A stretch of DNA of 64,000 nucleotides, taken from the NCBI GenBank assembly GCA_905178155.1, contig CAJINV010000005.1, positions 1,862,054 to 1,926,053 of the forward strand, read 5' to 3'. Shown here one piece after another: positions 34,800-48,700 of the stretch. Origin of the DNA: Amoebophrya sp. A120 (taxonomy: Eukaryota > Protista > Dinoflagellata). How positions within the stretch are numbered: position 1 is the stretch's first letter; each line of letters starts with the position of its first letter. The notes under the pieces are model-generated. The model made no database searches. It was not told the origin of the DNA and saw only the letters and a program-made list of their open reading frames with translations. Position numbers and translations under genes: made by a program.

Positions 34800-35676
34800 G
34801 AGGAGCGCGACAAGTACAAGTAGCTCGGTGTAGTAGTTCTTCTCGTTGCCCCGTCGCGCCGCCGTTGCAAACTGCAACTCGCAAACGGAGCAGGGGTCCA
34901 AGTTCAGGACGAGAAACAGAAACACGGGATGTCAATATTTGAAGAAAGAGAAACACCACATCGTTATATTTGTTTTTTCTTCAACATCTATTTCATATTA
35001 GTACATGTCTCATCGTGTTGGATTCCTTGCTTGTGTTAGATGTCAAACCGCAGTCGCTCGATCCTAGCACCACTTCAAAGGCGACGCTGCACCTTTAACA
35101 AACTCGAATCGAATAAGAACGACACAATAACGACGCTGGAAACGAAAATATACGAAAGCACGATGAATAATACGGCTCTTGCCATATCTCTCAAAAACCC
35201 ACGCAGACGCAGCCGGAGCCCCTCGTAGCTCCACCTCTCCATCTGCTCTCGACGAACCGAACGGAATCATCTTCGAGAATGGAGATGAAAGGTTAATAGT
35301 TACAGCGTGTACTATCTGTAATGGGAAGTACCCACTGAGGGCAATGGAGCAAACAGCAAGACAGGTCGGTGTATCATGACCTTCCCGCGAGCATCAATCT
35401 TTATCAGTTTCTGAAGATCACGCTGAAAAATTGTGCCATTGGAAGGTCTAGGATTTGCAACACTATAGCAGCGATAAGAAAGCATCCGTCGAGTGACGAT
35501 GATCACACACAGGCATGTTCTACTTGATGCGTTGAATATCAAAGTCAGGCCGATGTGGTCCACGGTCGTGCTATGTCCGAGCTCCTGACATACAGCAAGT
35601 GGCACAGGAAGGTGTTTGTTCCACCTGTAGTTCACACGATGTCCCCGACAACGACCCCAAGAAGTTAGATGAACAC

Positions 35677-38600
35677 CTACAGTGCTGCTTCTCCCGCTTG
35701 CTGTTGTGCGTAGAAGTAGTAGACTACTGCTATTCCACCTGCCGCGCCAAGGATGACCATCTGCGGTGAGACAAAGGAGCCCGGATATCCCATGTAAAAA
35801 CGTCCCCACACCAGAGTCAAGCTGGGGATCTCGCAACACAAATCGAGAAGTTTTGGGGGTCCAGCATGACAAGTTCGTCTCTGTATTGTAGTGCAGTTTA
35901 GCAAGCACAGCCGCAACACAAATCCATCTACTCATCCTGTCGACAGCATTACAAAGCGCAAAACGCGATTGGAAATGCCTCTCATGTGGAGTAGCTGCAA
36001 ATCTGCATGACAACTCTGGGGTGGGTACATTTTTGCTCAGGATACCGGAGTGCTCGTTGTTTTTCCGCTGCTGGAATCTTCTTCCGACTCTTCTCGACTA
36101 CTTGCAGTGTCGTTTCCTGTGGCATTATTTCCAGGTGCGGGAGTCGTGGTCACTGTCTTGCTGGTACTTGTGGTCGAACTGGTAGTCGTTGTAGTCGTGC
36201 TCGTGCTTGCCGTATTGAAGAAAAAAGTGTGCTGTCGTGTAGTGTGGAGAACTTTTACTTTGTAATGCAGAACTACAAAAAGGAGATTTCGTGTTAGACG
36301 TCTGTTTCTATGCCTGTAATCGTTCTGAATACGCGTTGTACGGTCTGTTCAGGAAGCGCGCCTAGTTGTACTTAAGGCACGCAGGTGAAGAAAACTGCGA
36401 TAGTTTTCACAGATACTATCAGCGCAGCGCAAGTTTTTGCTCCCACGCTAGACGAAGACAGGTCATTTTTCTGTCATTTGTGATGCTGATGTTCTCTCTG
36501 TCAACAAAAGCTAGACGAAACACACTTTTTCTGTCGGATATGTCGTTGAGGTGGTCGACGTTGTGGTCGTACTGTAACACCTGTATGTCTTGAACTCGGC
36601 TATGAAGAAAAAACAAATTGTTACAGTAACGCGCTGTGATGTAAAACTAGCAAGACAAGCCACCGCTGTCATGCTGGAAATGCCTGCAAGCCTGCGTGTT
36701 TTCCCTTGCGTGCTTTCCCTTATGTTCTCTGCAATGCAAGTTCTCGCTGGGCTGTGCAAGTTTGTCTTTATCGTGTTGCTGAAGTTATAATAACTGTGTA
36801 ACTGTATTGTAACATCATCACTTTTTTTGTTGGATACTGGCGTGTTTGTACATGGTGCACCTGCTTCCGCCGTTCGCGCAAGGACACCGATTGAATAAAG
36901 AACATGCCACACCACCAAAATGAAATTGGTCATTGGAATCTGTCCAGTCCGGGACTGCATAGGTGGCGTAGAAGTTGCAGCCCCGGATCGTGTCGCAATG
37001 TGTTCTGCACTCCTCTTCGGATATCGACTGGAAACAAATAGGTCTCTCTGGATCTGGGTCAGCAAAAAAAAAGGGCTGTGAATGATCAGCCTACACCTAC
37101 TGCGGTTATACTATATCACACAGCAACCGATCCGCGAAGGTGTTAAGCGGCTCGGTGTTGCAGCTTCCGCGAAAAAGGCACACCGTGTTTTTGTATGACG
37201 GCCAAGAGGTCGACCAGGTCCACGACCTTTTCGCGCACACGCGTTAGTTACAAGGCTGAAACCAATTATGCGACAACGAGACAAGCAACCCAATTCTTGC
37301 ATCCAGACACAGACATACAAATTGGGCAATGCGTATCCGATTGAAAAAGCCCACTCCCGACGTCCGCGCCGGGGGCAGATGCAGCAAAGGTGTAATCTGC
37401 CGCTACGTTTTTCGTGCTGGAGCTCTGAGACGCATCGTACATTGGTGAACTGAGGAGGCATTCCTTCCCCACGGAGTTGCCCTCACTTTCCTTGCGTTGA
37501 AAATCTTCAAGGTCGACATGCCACACAAGTATCATGAGTGAAAACGTACCCGGCGCAGAGATTTATTACCTGCCAACAACATTACTACCGACCAAGCTCG
37601 TCCTCGCCATGGATGGAAGGCACTTACTTATTTCTACTTAGTCGTGTTTGCAAAGTCATCGATGTCATGCCCCAAAATACAGGACGAGAGAGCGGGTTTG
37701 CGATGCAGCTGGTCTAAGCCTCGCCAGGGACGACTTCTACACTGCATTGCTAAATTTGTCATGCGCAACTCCCAAACCTGGTGAATCTGTGTATGCAGAA
37801 ATTCTGTCCGGACTCTCACTATACCTGTTGGGCGGGTACGTTCATAAGTACACAGGATAACAAGATAACAATCTTTATTGCTGCTGTCAGCAAGGGCATC
37901 CCACGGAAAAAAATGTTGTTAACTTTAGGATATTGGATGTCTTGCGTGACGATGACATTGCTGATCTACGGGTAGGACGTCCCTGTGGCGCGACGGCCGT
38001 GGACAATGACAAGTTTGTGTCGCAGATGACCCAAAAAATCTGCTTCGCGCACTCTACGTATTGTCATGGTCATCGGGAAGAGCACGGACACCTCAAAAAA
38101 AAAACATTTTGATTTTGCTGCATTTTGATGCATCAGGAAGGCAGCTGTGTGTAGTTCTTGCAGATGCTGCATACTTACAGTTCCACGGTGAAACGATGAC
38201 AGGTGTACTTATCCATGGTCCAACATTTACTTTTCGTGCGATAACAGGTGTATTGCTCCGCATTGGTGTCCGCCATCCGCTCGCTGGCATCGCAGAACCC
38301 ACTTGCAGACATTGACGTTGACAGTGTCTCTTTACTCTCTGTGTTACGATGTAGATGTTGCTGTTGACGTCCTCGCTGAGCGTAGTTCTCCAGGAACGTC
38401 GTTTCGTTACCGCGGGAAAAGATGTTGTCTTTCTCGTCGAAGAATTTCATCCTGCCAGGAGTACTTGCACTTCTTTCAGTCGTTCGTGGAAGATGTAGAT
38501 GTAGTGGTAGATCATGGGCATCCTGCCCAGCCGCGTCCTCCATTTCTTGTTCCTGTCCAGTATGTTCCTTCTCGCCCGGCCGTTGTTCTCCCACCGCTTC

Positions 38601-39374
38601 GTCATCCACGTCAAAACTCTCGGAGGATTTGGATTTTCTCACGAGATGCACATCATGCAGTGGTTCTTCTACCTCCGCGTTTCGCGTCTCATCTTCTAGA
38701 AAAGCATGACTAGCATCGTCCCCACGAAGATGTGTACGTGGAGGTGTTCTTGGTCGTCTCTGGCCAGATGAAGCAGATGAAGCAAATCCCTGCTTTGTGA
38801 TGTTGCGATCTGCTCCTGCATCAGCGGCGGGCCGTAGGTGGAATAGAGCACTCCCATCACTCCCATCCTCCCCCTCCACCTCTTCGTTGTACTGAATTTC
38901 ACGGCGGACCAGGTTGCTTTTAGTTTTATTCACGGCTTGTGTTGGTGCTGGCAACTTCGAAGTAGATCTCAAAGCTTCTATTAGTGCCGATGAACGACCC
39001 GTCGCCTTCCGTTTAGTCTTGTTCTCCCCGTACTTAAAATCTTCACCACCTGCACTGGTGCCGTGTGTTGTTGTTCTTTGCCGCTGGTGTTCCTGTTCTT
39101 CGTACAATCCACTTTTGCGCAATTTTACATCGGCCCGAGGTGGTGAACCCAGAATCTGGTGCTGTGAAGATACTACAGAGGAAATACCCGACGTCTTCAT
39201 CACGTTTTGCTGCTCGTCTGGTACTCGTTCTACTTGAGGACCGATATTGTCATGGTCCTCCCGCGAAGGTTGTATCAGTTCTGGTTGGGAAGTAGTAGAT
39301 AGCGACTGCGCAAGGAGTGCATTGAACAGTGGCAGGAAAACAATCTTCACGGAGAGGAGACCGCACGACGGCAT
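35677..39374 (-). CDS. Type I membrane/surface protein (signal peptide, Thr-rich stalk, C-terminal TM)
   Basis: Starts MPSCGLLSVKIVFLPLFNALLAQS (38175-39374). Thr/Ser-rich exons at 36045-36212 and 36541-36600. Ends PG|SFVSPQMVILGAAGGIAVVYYFYAQQQAGEAAL*. Middle exons are uncertain. Confidence 0.6.
35786..36044. mobile_element. Introner family H
   Basis: Family H TIRs; DR CCGGA. Confidence 0.88.
36213..36540. mobile_element. Introner, D-like (diverged)
   Basis: TATTGAAGAAAAAAGTGTG / CACACTTTTTCTGTCGGATA; DR TGCCG/TGTCG. Confidence 0.72.
36601..36836. mobile_element. Introner, D-like (diverged)
   Basis: TATGAAGAAAAAAC..TGTTACA / TGTAACA..TTTTTTTGTTGGATA; DR TCGGC/CTGGC. Confidence 0.68.
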
Positions 39375-39758
39375 GATTTTTGCGAAATAGCAAAAGAATA
39401 CTAACGATTCCTCTGGCGAAATTACGTGAGCGCAACGAAGACAAGCCGCTGTTGATTCTGCGTCTGATCTTCGTATACAATGCCCAATGGTAAAAGTCCT
39501 CTTATCAAAACAACGAACGCGGCGAGGACCAGGACCGTCGCGTTCTTGTCATTTTCACTACATGTATCTCTCACCCGCGTCCTCAGCTGAAATAACGGCC
39601 GCCAAGGACATCTATCTTGGTCACTCTGCAAAGTATCTTCCTCTCTCCTCTCACGGCGTCCGAGAAAAAAACAACTGAATCTGTCTCGCGTTAAAACAAA
39701 GAAAAGTGACATTCAAAATGTGTACATCACTTCAAAAAAACCTTGTTGCTTCTCCTCG

Positions 39759-42700
39759 TCAATACGGCTGCCCCCGTAGCCCCGAGCAACCCCGCGACGC
39801 GGACAGATACAGGGATAAATCCCGCACCTCGGGTAGGTGCTTCCCGTCCCCATACAAATTCTTCAACCTCGCCTCCAAAGTGGCCATCACCAGCGGAACC
39901 GCGGCCTCCACGTTTTTCAAGTGAAAAGTGGTCAAAATGTACGCCACCTCTGCGTCGGAGATGACGGAGTTTCGGTGATATAAAGAAGAAGTAGATCTGG
40001 TGCTCGGCTTATCTGCGCCATGTTGTCCTGGCACTCTTCCATTCCTTGCAATTGCAGAAGTTGTACTGTGGTGGTCTTGCTCCCTGTTATTCAGGAAGTG
40101 CTTCCTCAGTTCTGTGAGCTTTTCCCGGTAGAGTACGGAGGAGGTTCTGGCAAGAGGAACGTCAGCTTTATTCGACCTTGTTGTACTACTAGTAGTGCCC
40201 TCTGCTTGTTCCGCTCCATCAGCTGTGTTCTCCCTGCTTGCCGTGGTCGCAGCCGGTGAAGCTGCAGACGTCGCGTCGCTGCTCGCCGTGTATTGCCGGG
40301 CACCAGTTGTCGCCGCTTCCGCTTCGTCATGTTCAATACTAAAGTTGTTGTCGTGGCTAAATTCCATCGGTAAAACTGGCGGTGGCTTGGTCAGCAACAT
40401 CGTACTGGCTGTGCCCTTGTTCTTCTTGCCTGTGTGATGAACAAGATTTATTCGCGACGCTTGTTCATCCGCCGAGAGCTCGCGGTCACTGTGGTAACCG
40501 GTGGAAGAGGCGCTGGAAAGATAATGAAGATGTTGAGCCCCCGGTAGATGTTGATGTGATGTCGACGGGAGTTGTTGTAGTTCTTCCTTGTCAATCACTG
40601 CAGTCGTCGGTGTTTCTACTTCTTGCCGCAATTGCCCGGACACGAAGCGAAGGTGTTTGCTTGGTTTCTTCTTCTGTGGATGTGAGCCAGAAGATTGCTT
40701 CTTCACCCAAGAATCACTACCCCCCTGGTCATCGTGTGGAAAAATCTCCAGCTTTGGCGACTGCGGTTTCGCAGTGAAAACCGGACTGCTCGCGAGACGA
40801 AAGGCAGGCGTGTCGTGGTAAAAGTTGTTTTCAACTTTATTTTTATCATGGTTTATTCCGTTGTTGTTGTTGATGTCCTCTCTGTCAATCTCCATTGTCA
40901 TTTCCGGCAGCGGCGTGTTCAAAATGTCTACTAGCATGGCTGCAAACGTCTCTTCGTCAAACAAGTTCTGCACCGCAAACCGCCGTGACATTGCAAGCAA
41001 AACCTTGATTTCGCTGTGTCTCAGCAGCTGGTTCTCGTCGGAAACCAAGGACAGTCCAACCGTGCAGAGCAGGAGCAGCTCCTCCCGCGGTAGCCTCAAA
41101 TTCTTCAGCATCAGTGGCAAAGCCCCGGCGGCAAGCACGCGCTCGTTTTCGTAGTGCTGCTGATTGTTGTTCAAAGCGGCCTCTAGCTGCTGCCCTGCTG
41201 CACCACCAGCTTCGGTCGTGGTTGCAACCAGGGCGTGATCAACGTTTTGCGCTTTGTGGTTTGAGGTGGCATTATTTTGAAGATGAGAACTACCGCCGTG
41301 CTTCTGAAGATGATTCGAATATTGATCAACATGCGCACCACTGACACTACGTTGATGAACACCACCACCAACACCTCCTGCTGCGCCATGACTGCTGGCT
41401 TTCGCACACCGCAACACTTTTCCGTATCTTTTTTCCACGGCCGCTTTGATTTTCGTGAACTCCTGGTATTGATCTAGTTCCTCCTTCTCGTAGTACTGCT
41501 CCGATTCTCGTCCCATAGTGCCTGTGTTGTTCTGTAAATTTTGCAGCGCTTGCAGTGCATCTTTGTTCGTCAAGTGACAAGACTCTTCGTCCAACGTGAG
41601 CCACTTGCGCGGAATCGAAAAATTCCGCCACGCCCGCTCCAACCGTTTTTGCTCCCCAGCCGGAACTTCGCTCACGTAGCTGTTCGCGAGGTGTTTTCGC
41701 GTTTCGTTCTGGAAGGCCGCGAGGGACAAGCACAACGCGTACACGTGCGCGGCGGTCTGGATGTGGGGAAAGACTTTCCGCTATGCAGTGCAAATATGTC
41801 TGGGTCATCTGGAAGAGTGCAAGAACTTGTAATGCTGCCTTTAGATTCCACAAAAACTCTGTATTGCATGAACAGCAAAAGAGGTCCACTTTTTGCTATG
41901 CGACAGGGGCATTTCTCGTGCAGTAAGGGCATCAGAAAGCCGTCCTAAAATCTGTGATGCTAGGGCATGCATCACACAGGTCAAGGGTCATGCAAAATGT
42001 GCATGACAAACGTTGCACTGTCTCAGACCCAGACATATTTGCAGTGCATATCCGCTCCTCTTCGTCGATCTCGTTCACGTACTGCTGAAAAGCCACCTCG
42101 TCCGGCGTGTCGCCGGAAGCGAAGATCAGCGCGAGACTCACCAAAATCCGGGGCACGACGTAGATCACAGCCAGAGTGACGATGACCAAGCCGGTGAGGT
42201 GAAGCAGCAGCGGGGAATACACGAAGAGGAACTGCAACCAGACCTCGCGGTGATCCTGTTTCAGCTGGAGCAGCAGCCCAGATGGTTCGTCGTATTCGAA
42301 GAAAAAAACTTTCCCGAACTCCTGCAGGTTCTGTACTTGCCTCACGATTTCCTTTACTTGGTTCATGAGCAACAAGGTGATTGCGACCAGTAACCCAACG
42401 TAGGCCCGCCAGATCCACTTTTGCGCCCGCACGGATTGGAAATGCGTCAACCCGTGCGGCGCATCGGCTTGCTGTTCCAAGACCTGCCGCCGCTGCTGCT
42501 GGAGCAAAGCGATCTGCTGCTCTAGCTGCTTCTGCTCCGATCTAGTGGTTGCTTCGTCCTCTAGTACTTGGTCGCCATCAATCGTTCGCCTAGCGCTGGA
42601 ACGGTTTGTGTTCCGGCGCTGCAAGTTATTCGTGGTAGAGGACTCTCGGGTCTGCCGCTGGCTAGTATTCGCTGTTGTACTTGCCAGCAATGGACGTCTT

Positions 42701-45700
42701 TGGTCGTCTTGGTCCTCGTCGACCCCCGCGACCTCACCTTCCGGCTTCCTCCCCGGCTGCGGCAGGGCGAGTCGTGGGCGAACCGACCCGGCTGTCGTCC
42801 CGCTTTCCTGGTTGTTGTTCCTGTCTTTGTTTTTATCCACAACTTTCTTATCCACGACTGCGACGCCTTTGAAAGCAGAGCGGTTTTTCTTCTTCTCCAA
42901 AACGACAGAAAACTGGGTTTCCAACGTCTTGTTTTGTTTCGAACAGAACGAAATGTGTTTATGGTGATGTTGATCCTTAACGTAGTTGCCATCCAGTGGT
43001 CCTCGCGCCCCGCCTTTACTGTGGTCCTTCTTAATACCAGAAGCAGAAGATAGTACCGTTGGCTCCAGAGACCGGGACCGGGCTAGCACCGGTGCGCTCT
43101 TTGGACTGCTTTGCAGCCGCGTATGTCCACCTAGTAGAAGGTCCTCGTTGACAGTGGAAGTCGAGGAGATCTGCACCGGATGAACAGCGGACGTTGGCTG
43201 CTGTGGTCCTACTTGGTGAAAGAGGTTGTAATCCCCCGGACCCTGCTGCTGATAAAAATTGTTTCGCTCCTGCCCTTCATACTCGTCCTGAGGACTATAC
43301 GACGGGTCAACCGGCGGCTCTTTCGCGGCTCGAAAAGACACTTGTTTGTTCACCGCTACCTGTGCTTTCCTCCTCGTATCCGTCCTCGCCACTAATTCTT
43401 CGGTATCCGATTCATCCTGTGGAGACTCGCCGGGCGATTGCTCCCCTGGCGAGGGGGAGGAACTACCGGGGGACCGATCGGAAGAGGGTGATAAAGCCGG
43501 AATAAAGTTCTTGTTTCTTTCAACAGAGAAGTTAAAAGTATCAACGTCTTCGTTTGTTCCTTCCATGCCCGTCAGGATTAACTCGTTCAAAAATACTTTT
43601 CCTTTGTTGCTTTCACCGGAAATGTTGAATTGGTCCAGCCTTCCTTCCTGGTCTACTTCAGGCACCTCCTCGTCCCTCTCCTCGTCTTCCTCAGACGAAG
43701 AAGATACCACGGAGCCGCTGCTGATGCTTTCGTCGCTACTCAGCTCCTCCGCGTCGTCCTCCCCCTCCTTCACGTAGTAGGGAAGCATCGCATCCGGGAC
43801 ACAGGGTAAGAACCCCAGATACTGGTCCAGCAGCGCGAAGTACAACACTTTCTGATCCCTGCACGCGAACATCCTGTGCAAAAGTATCGTATTCGTTTTC
43901 GTACTAATTGCATTTATGCATTACAAATCTTTCTGTTAAAGCAGATCCGCATTACAAATTTGATTTGTAATGCTAATCCAATTTGTAATGCAATTTATAC
44001 TACTACGATACTTTTGCAATTCATAGCGAACATCCTGTACCGAATTCCGTGGATATACTTCAGCAGGACGAAGAACAGCAGCGAGATTACTCCGCAGAGG
44101 AGGACCGATAGAACCGCGACGATCACCGGCCGGCTATCCACGCCCGACCGGACGACAAACGGCTGGGTGAACGGACTGCACCACTGCTGGCACTTCAGCC
44201 GTTCTTGGGAATTTTGCAGGAGTTGGCAGTTAACCAGGTACTCCGTCGAGCAAACACGATTGTCGTTGACCACAGGGGGTGTCGCTGCTGGTCGTGGCTC
44301 GTCCTGCGCGTCGTGATACTGCTCGAGGAAAGAATTCGCGGCTTTGTTTCCCAGTGAAGTGGGAGGGTAGTAGGTGGGGTTGTCAAAATAACTATCGGCT
44401 GCTGTTACAGTAAATGCATTTTGCCTTGTACTATCTTGGTCGTCTGAAGCAGAAACAGGCTCTGCAAAAGCCTTACTCACCGGCACCGTTTGGCTCCTGC
44501 CGTCCGAGATGAAGAGTCCTCGTGGGCTTTTTCTCACATCTCCAAGGTTTGTGGTGGACGCAACTCGTTTCTTGGCATGATCTTCTCGTCGTAGCACAAA
44601 GGCCGTGAACGCGGGGAGCTCGTGATTTTTCCCCGCTTTCTTTCTCCCGCCGATCATCGGGAGGAGCCACGTGGCGGCTTTCACAGCCCGCTCTTTCATC
44701 ATTGTCGCCCACGTTCTGAGGACAGAAGAGGGCGGAATGCTGTGGTTGTAGTCCTTTCTGCTAGCTGTACCTGCTGCGCTTCTCTTTATTTTCCCCGCAT
44801 CTTCGTCGTAGTAGGAGAAAAAACTTTTGCCTGAACTTGATGACCGAGGTGCAGCTGCAGATGGAATCTCCTCTGTCATTCCTGCAAGAACCTGCAAAAA
44901 TCCATTCCCCTGGTCGTCGTCCCCACGTCCACCTGTCTTCGCCGGCACCACCCGGTTGCTCCGAACAAACAGCGACACGTTTTCCCCGAAGCCCGCGTAC
45001 GCTTCGACCCCCTTCCGCGACAGATTCTCCGCGAATTCCGCCTCGTACGCAGCGGACAAGAGGACGAAGAGCACGACGTACAGCCACAACGGGAAGTGGA
45101 GCAGCCGCTCAATCCCGATGGGGAGGCAGTTCCGCAAATACCGCCAGAATTCAAACCGGTGCAGCGCGATCGGGGATGTTACCGGGTGCGCGTTCCCGAT
45201 AATGGGCTGCAGGATCGAAAGTTTGAAAAGAAAGGCTTCGATCACTGTTTCTTCCGAGATAGAAGGTTTCGCTTCATTTTTCTGTGCTGTAGTTCGTCCT
45301 GGTGCCCTTGTTGTACTTTCTTTGGAAGCAACTACACGCTCCACCTCTGCTTGACCTTTACCTTCCTGTTCTGCATGTGCATTCGAGTGGTCCTCCGCAG
45401 AGGCGGTTGTGGTGGTCACCATCGAAGCTAAAATGTGCCGACTGGTGCCAGGTTCATCTTCGCCATGATCCGGAGGCCGCTGCCAATGGGCATCATCGTC
45501 CCCATCCTCCGTCGTTCTCGTTGCTGCAAGGGCATAATTCGTGGTCAAAAACGCGTTCGTGGACATGGGCGGCGCTTCCAGTTCCTGATGCTCCTCTGCG
45601 TCTAACCCATACGCCGCAATGGACTTCCGCATCCGTTTCAAAGTCGCCAGAACCCGTTTCCCGGCCGCACTGCTGCACGCCGTTTGATGCTGCGGCACTT

Positions 45701-48700
45701 GGTTTTTCTGTGCGCTAGTAGGGGAGAACGGAGTCTTCACATGACTCTGGTGCTGATTGCGCAGGTACTTTCTCGCCCTGTGTTCGCTGGCAAATTCCAC
45801 ATGCTCCTGATGGTGGCTCATCTTCGAAGTTGTTGTAGCGACCTTCTTTAGAATGCCGGATTTCAAATTCTCCTTCTGCTCCCTATTTCCTGTCGCCGCC
45901 ACAGAACTAGTGTGCTTGGATGAAATTGAAGTTTCCAGCCCGGTGGCTTCCCCGCTGCTTGTCTTGTTTTCCAGTTGCGTTTGCGAGGTGGAGGAGGCTG
46001 TCTTGGCGGAAATGGTTGGATTCCCGGGTCGTACTATTACCGGGTCGTTCTCGCTCACCCCTTCCAATAACCGACGCGCCTGCTCGTTGTTTTCATCTTT
46101 CCTGCCTTGGTCTTCATCTTCATCCACGCGCATGATCCTATTTTTCTCAGTCGCCAAGATCGTCGGAGGTTGTCCTGCAGAAATAGATGTCTCGTCCCCT
46201 GCAGCACGTCCGTCGGCAGTTCTTGTTGATGTTCCACCATATCTACTACTTTCCACATTCGAAAAATCTACTTCCATTTCCTCTCGCAAAAGAAACTCCT
46301 GCAGTTCCTCCGATTCTTCCAGCAACTGCTCGTAATTGTCCGGCCTCCTGAGGACGCAATGCTCCACCTTTTTCATCGTTTCCAGATCAAAATTTATCCG
46401 GTACCAAATCCACATCAACACCATGAGTAACGTCAACACCGTGTAGAAAATGGCCGAGTCCATGAACTCAAACACGTGGATGAAAGAGTGGCGATCTTCA
46501 CCAGAGTGTTCTCCTTCCTCAGCACTCGTTGTGTAGTCCTCGTACCCACTCGCCCCGTGGTTTTCCGCTCGGATATGAAAGTTTCAAAATCGAAATTGAC
46601 AAAATCGAAATGATTTGCGATGCATAAAATGGGCACCAGATGGCGCCTCAGTTTCCAAGTGGCACATGACAAATTTCGGGAGCACCCAAATCCAGTCTGT
46701 CATGCTGTTTGGGCAAAGAAGACTGCTCCTGTAATGCTACTCTGGCAGCGCATTGTATACCCTTAAACAGGCTTGCAATCGGTCTCATTTGCCTGCTCCC
46801 CAACACAGGCCTTACGTTACCTGCTTTACATTTTATGCATTACAAATTTTTCGATTTTGTCGATTTCGATCCTGACACATCCATATCGAACATGTCTCCC
46901 GTACAGCAAACGGTCGATCTTCGACACCGGGACGATTGTCTATCAAATGCAAATATGTCTGGGTCTGGGAGGATGGAACATGTCATGCTGTCTTCGGATT
47001 CCAAAAAAATCTGTATTGCGTAAGGAGCAAGAGGAGTCCAGTTTCTGCTACGCGGAGGGGGTATTCCTCATGCGGTATAGGCATCAGGAAGCCCTCGCAA
47101 AATCTCTGACGCCAGGTCATGCATTACAGGCATCATCGCTCATGCAAAATGTGCATGACAAGTGTTCCAATCTTTCTTCCAGACCCAGACATATTTGCAT
47201 TTGATATTGTCCCTAACGCCACCATGATTTTCGAAACCAAAGCGACCAGCACCAACTCCAAAATCAACCGGTTCCAAATGATCGTCATGCGCCATTTCGT
47301 CATGATGCGTTCGATGAAGTCGATAAAATGCTCTAGCAGGATCAGCAGCAGGATCACCAGGCTCAAGTCCAACAACAGGATGATCAACGCATTCAACTCG
47401 TGGTGGACCGTGGCGTACCGCTGAAACAAAATCGCCTCGTGGTACACCGGCCCGTGCAGAATCAGCAGCGCGTCCTTCATGTTTTCGCAGAAAAGCGCCT
47501 CGACGTCCAAACCACGCCAGTAGTTCGACGCGGCAGAAGGACCTCTGTTGGGGAAAATGAGTTCGTTGTTCTGCTTGTCAATGCTGTGCATTGTTAAATA
47601 CAATTGCTGCAGGGCCCGCTGCTCCGGCGGAACGACGTTCAGAGCCGTCACGATCGGCAGAGACCCCGCGCGACCCGTGTCGGGGAACCGGTCGCTGTCG
47701 ATTGCTTGCTTTATTCTGGCCGAAACCTATCAACTGTAAAAATGTCTGGGTCTGGAAGATTGCGAGATTTGTCATGCAGATTTTCCATGACCCATGAGGT
47801 CTGGAATGCAGGACCTAGCATGACAGAGTCTGTGAGGTCTCTACCATGCCTATCCCGATGAGAAACTCCCTCCCGACTTGGTCAAAAGTGGACGACTTTT
47901 GGTAATCATGCAACACAGATTTTTACATGCTTCAGATTTAGCATGACAAGTTTGAAATCTTCCAGACCCAGACATTTTTACATTTGATAAAACCCGGGCG
48001 CCGACGATTTGTCTCAGATCCTGCAGACACTCCCGGTTCAACACCGGGCTGGGTTCATCTTGCGGAGTAGACGCGGGAACAACTGTCGTGGCGGGTTCTT
48101 GCGACGGAGGAGCCTTTCGCTTTTCCACTTGAACGAAGGTTGCATCCGAACTGGGCGCCGGCCGGTAGTGCAATCCTTTCCTGCGAATATGAAGCTTGTC
48201 AAGGTCATTCGCCGCGGAGGTGGCGGTTTTCCTTGTGCTAGTGCCAGATGTTGACCCAATTTTAATATTCCGCGACAACATATTTCCTCCCTCGCCCGCA
48301 GCGAAAAAGGTCTGCATTTCTATGCTACTGTTCTCCGCGTCTTCTGCTTCATCTTGGTCGAAGTCAAAAACAGATTTTGTCTGGCCGTCGTCCCGCAGCT
48401 CACCTGCATCACTACCGTCACCAGTGTGCATCGAGTCTGCGCTAGCTTCGATCTCGAAATGCTGGTGTGGTTCATCTTGCGTATCTTGTACAGTAATTTT
48501 TTGGACACCTCGTCCCTCGTCTACTGTCCTTTCCCTGCTAGATGAGGTTGTAGTAGTGCCTGCGCTACCTCTGCCAACATCTTGCAGAAACGACGATGGC
48601 GCAGTAGTACGACCATGGTGCTCGGCCGCGATTTCGTTGTAGTAGTCCTTCGTTTATCCGGTGCAAAAGTATCGCTTTCGTATACATGCAGGTCTTGCAT

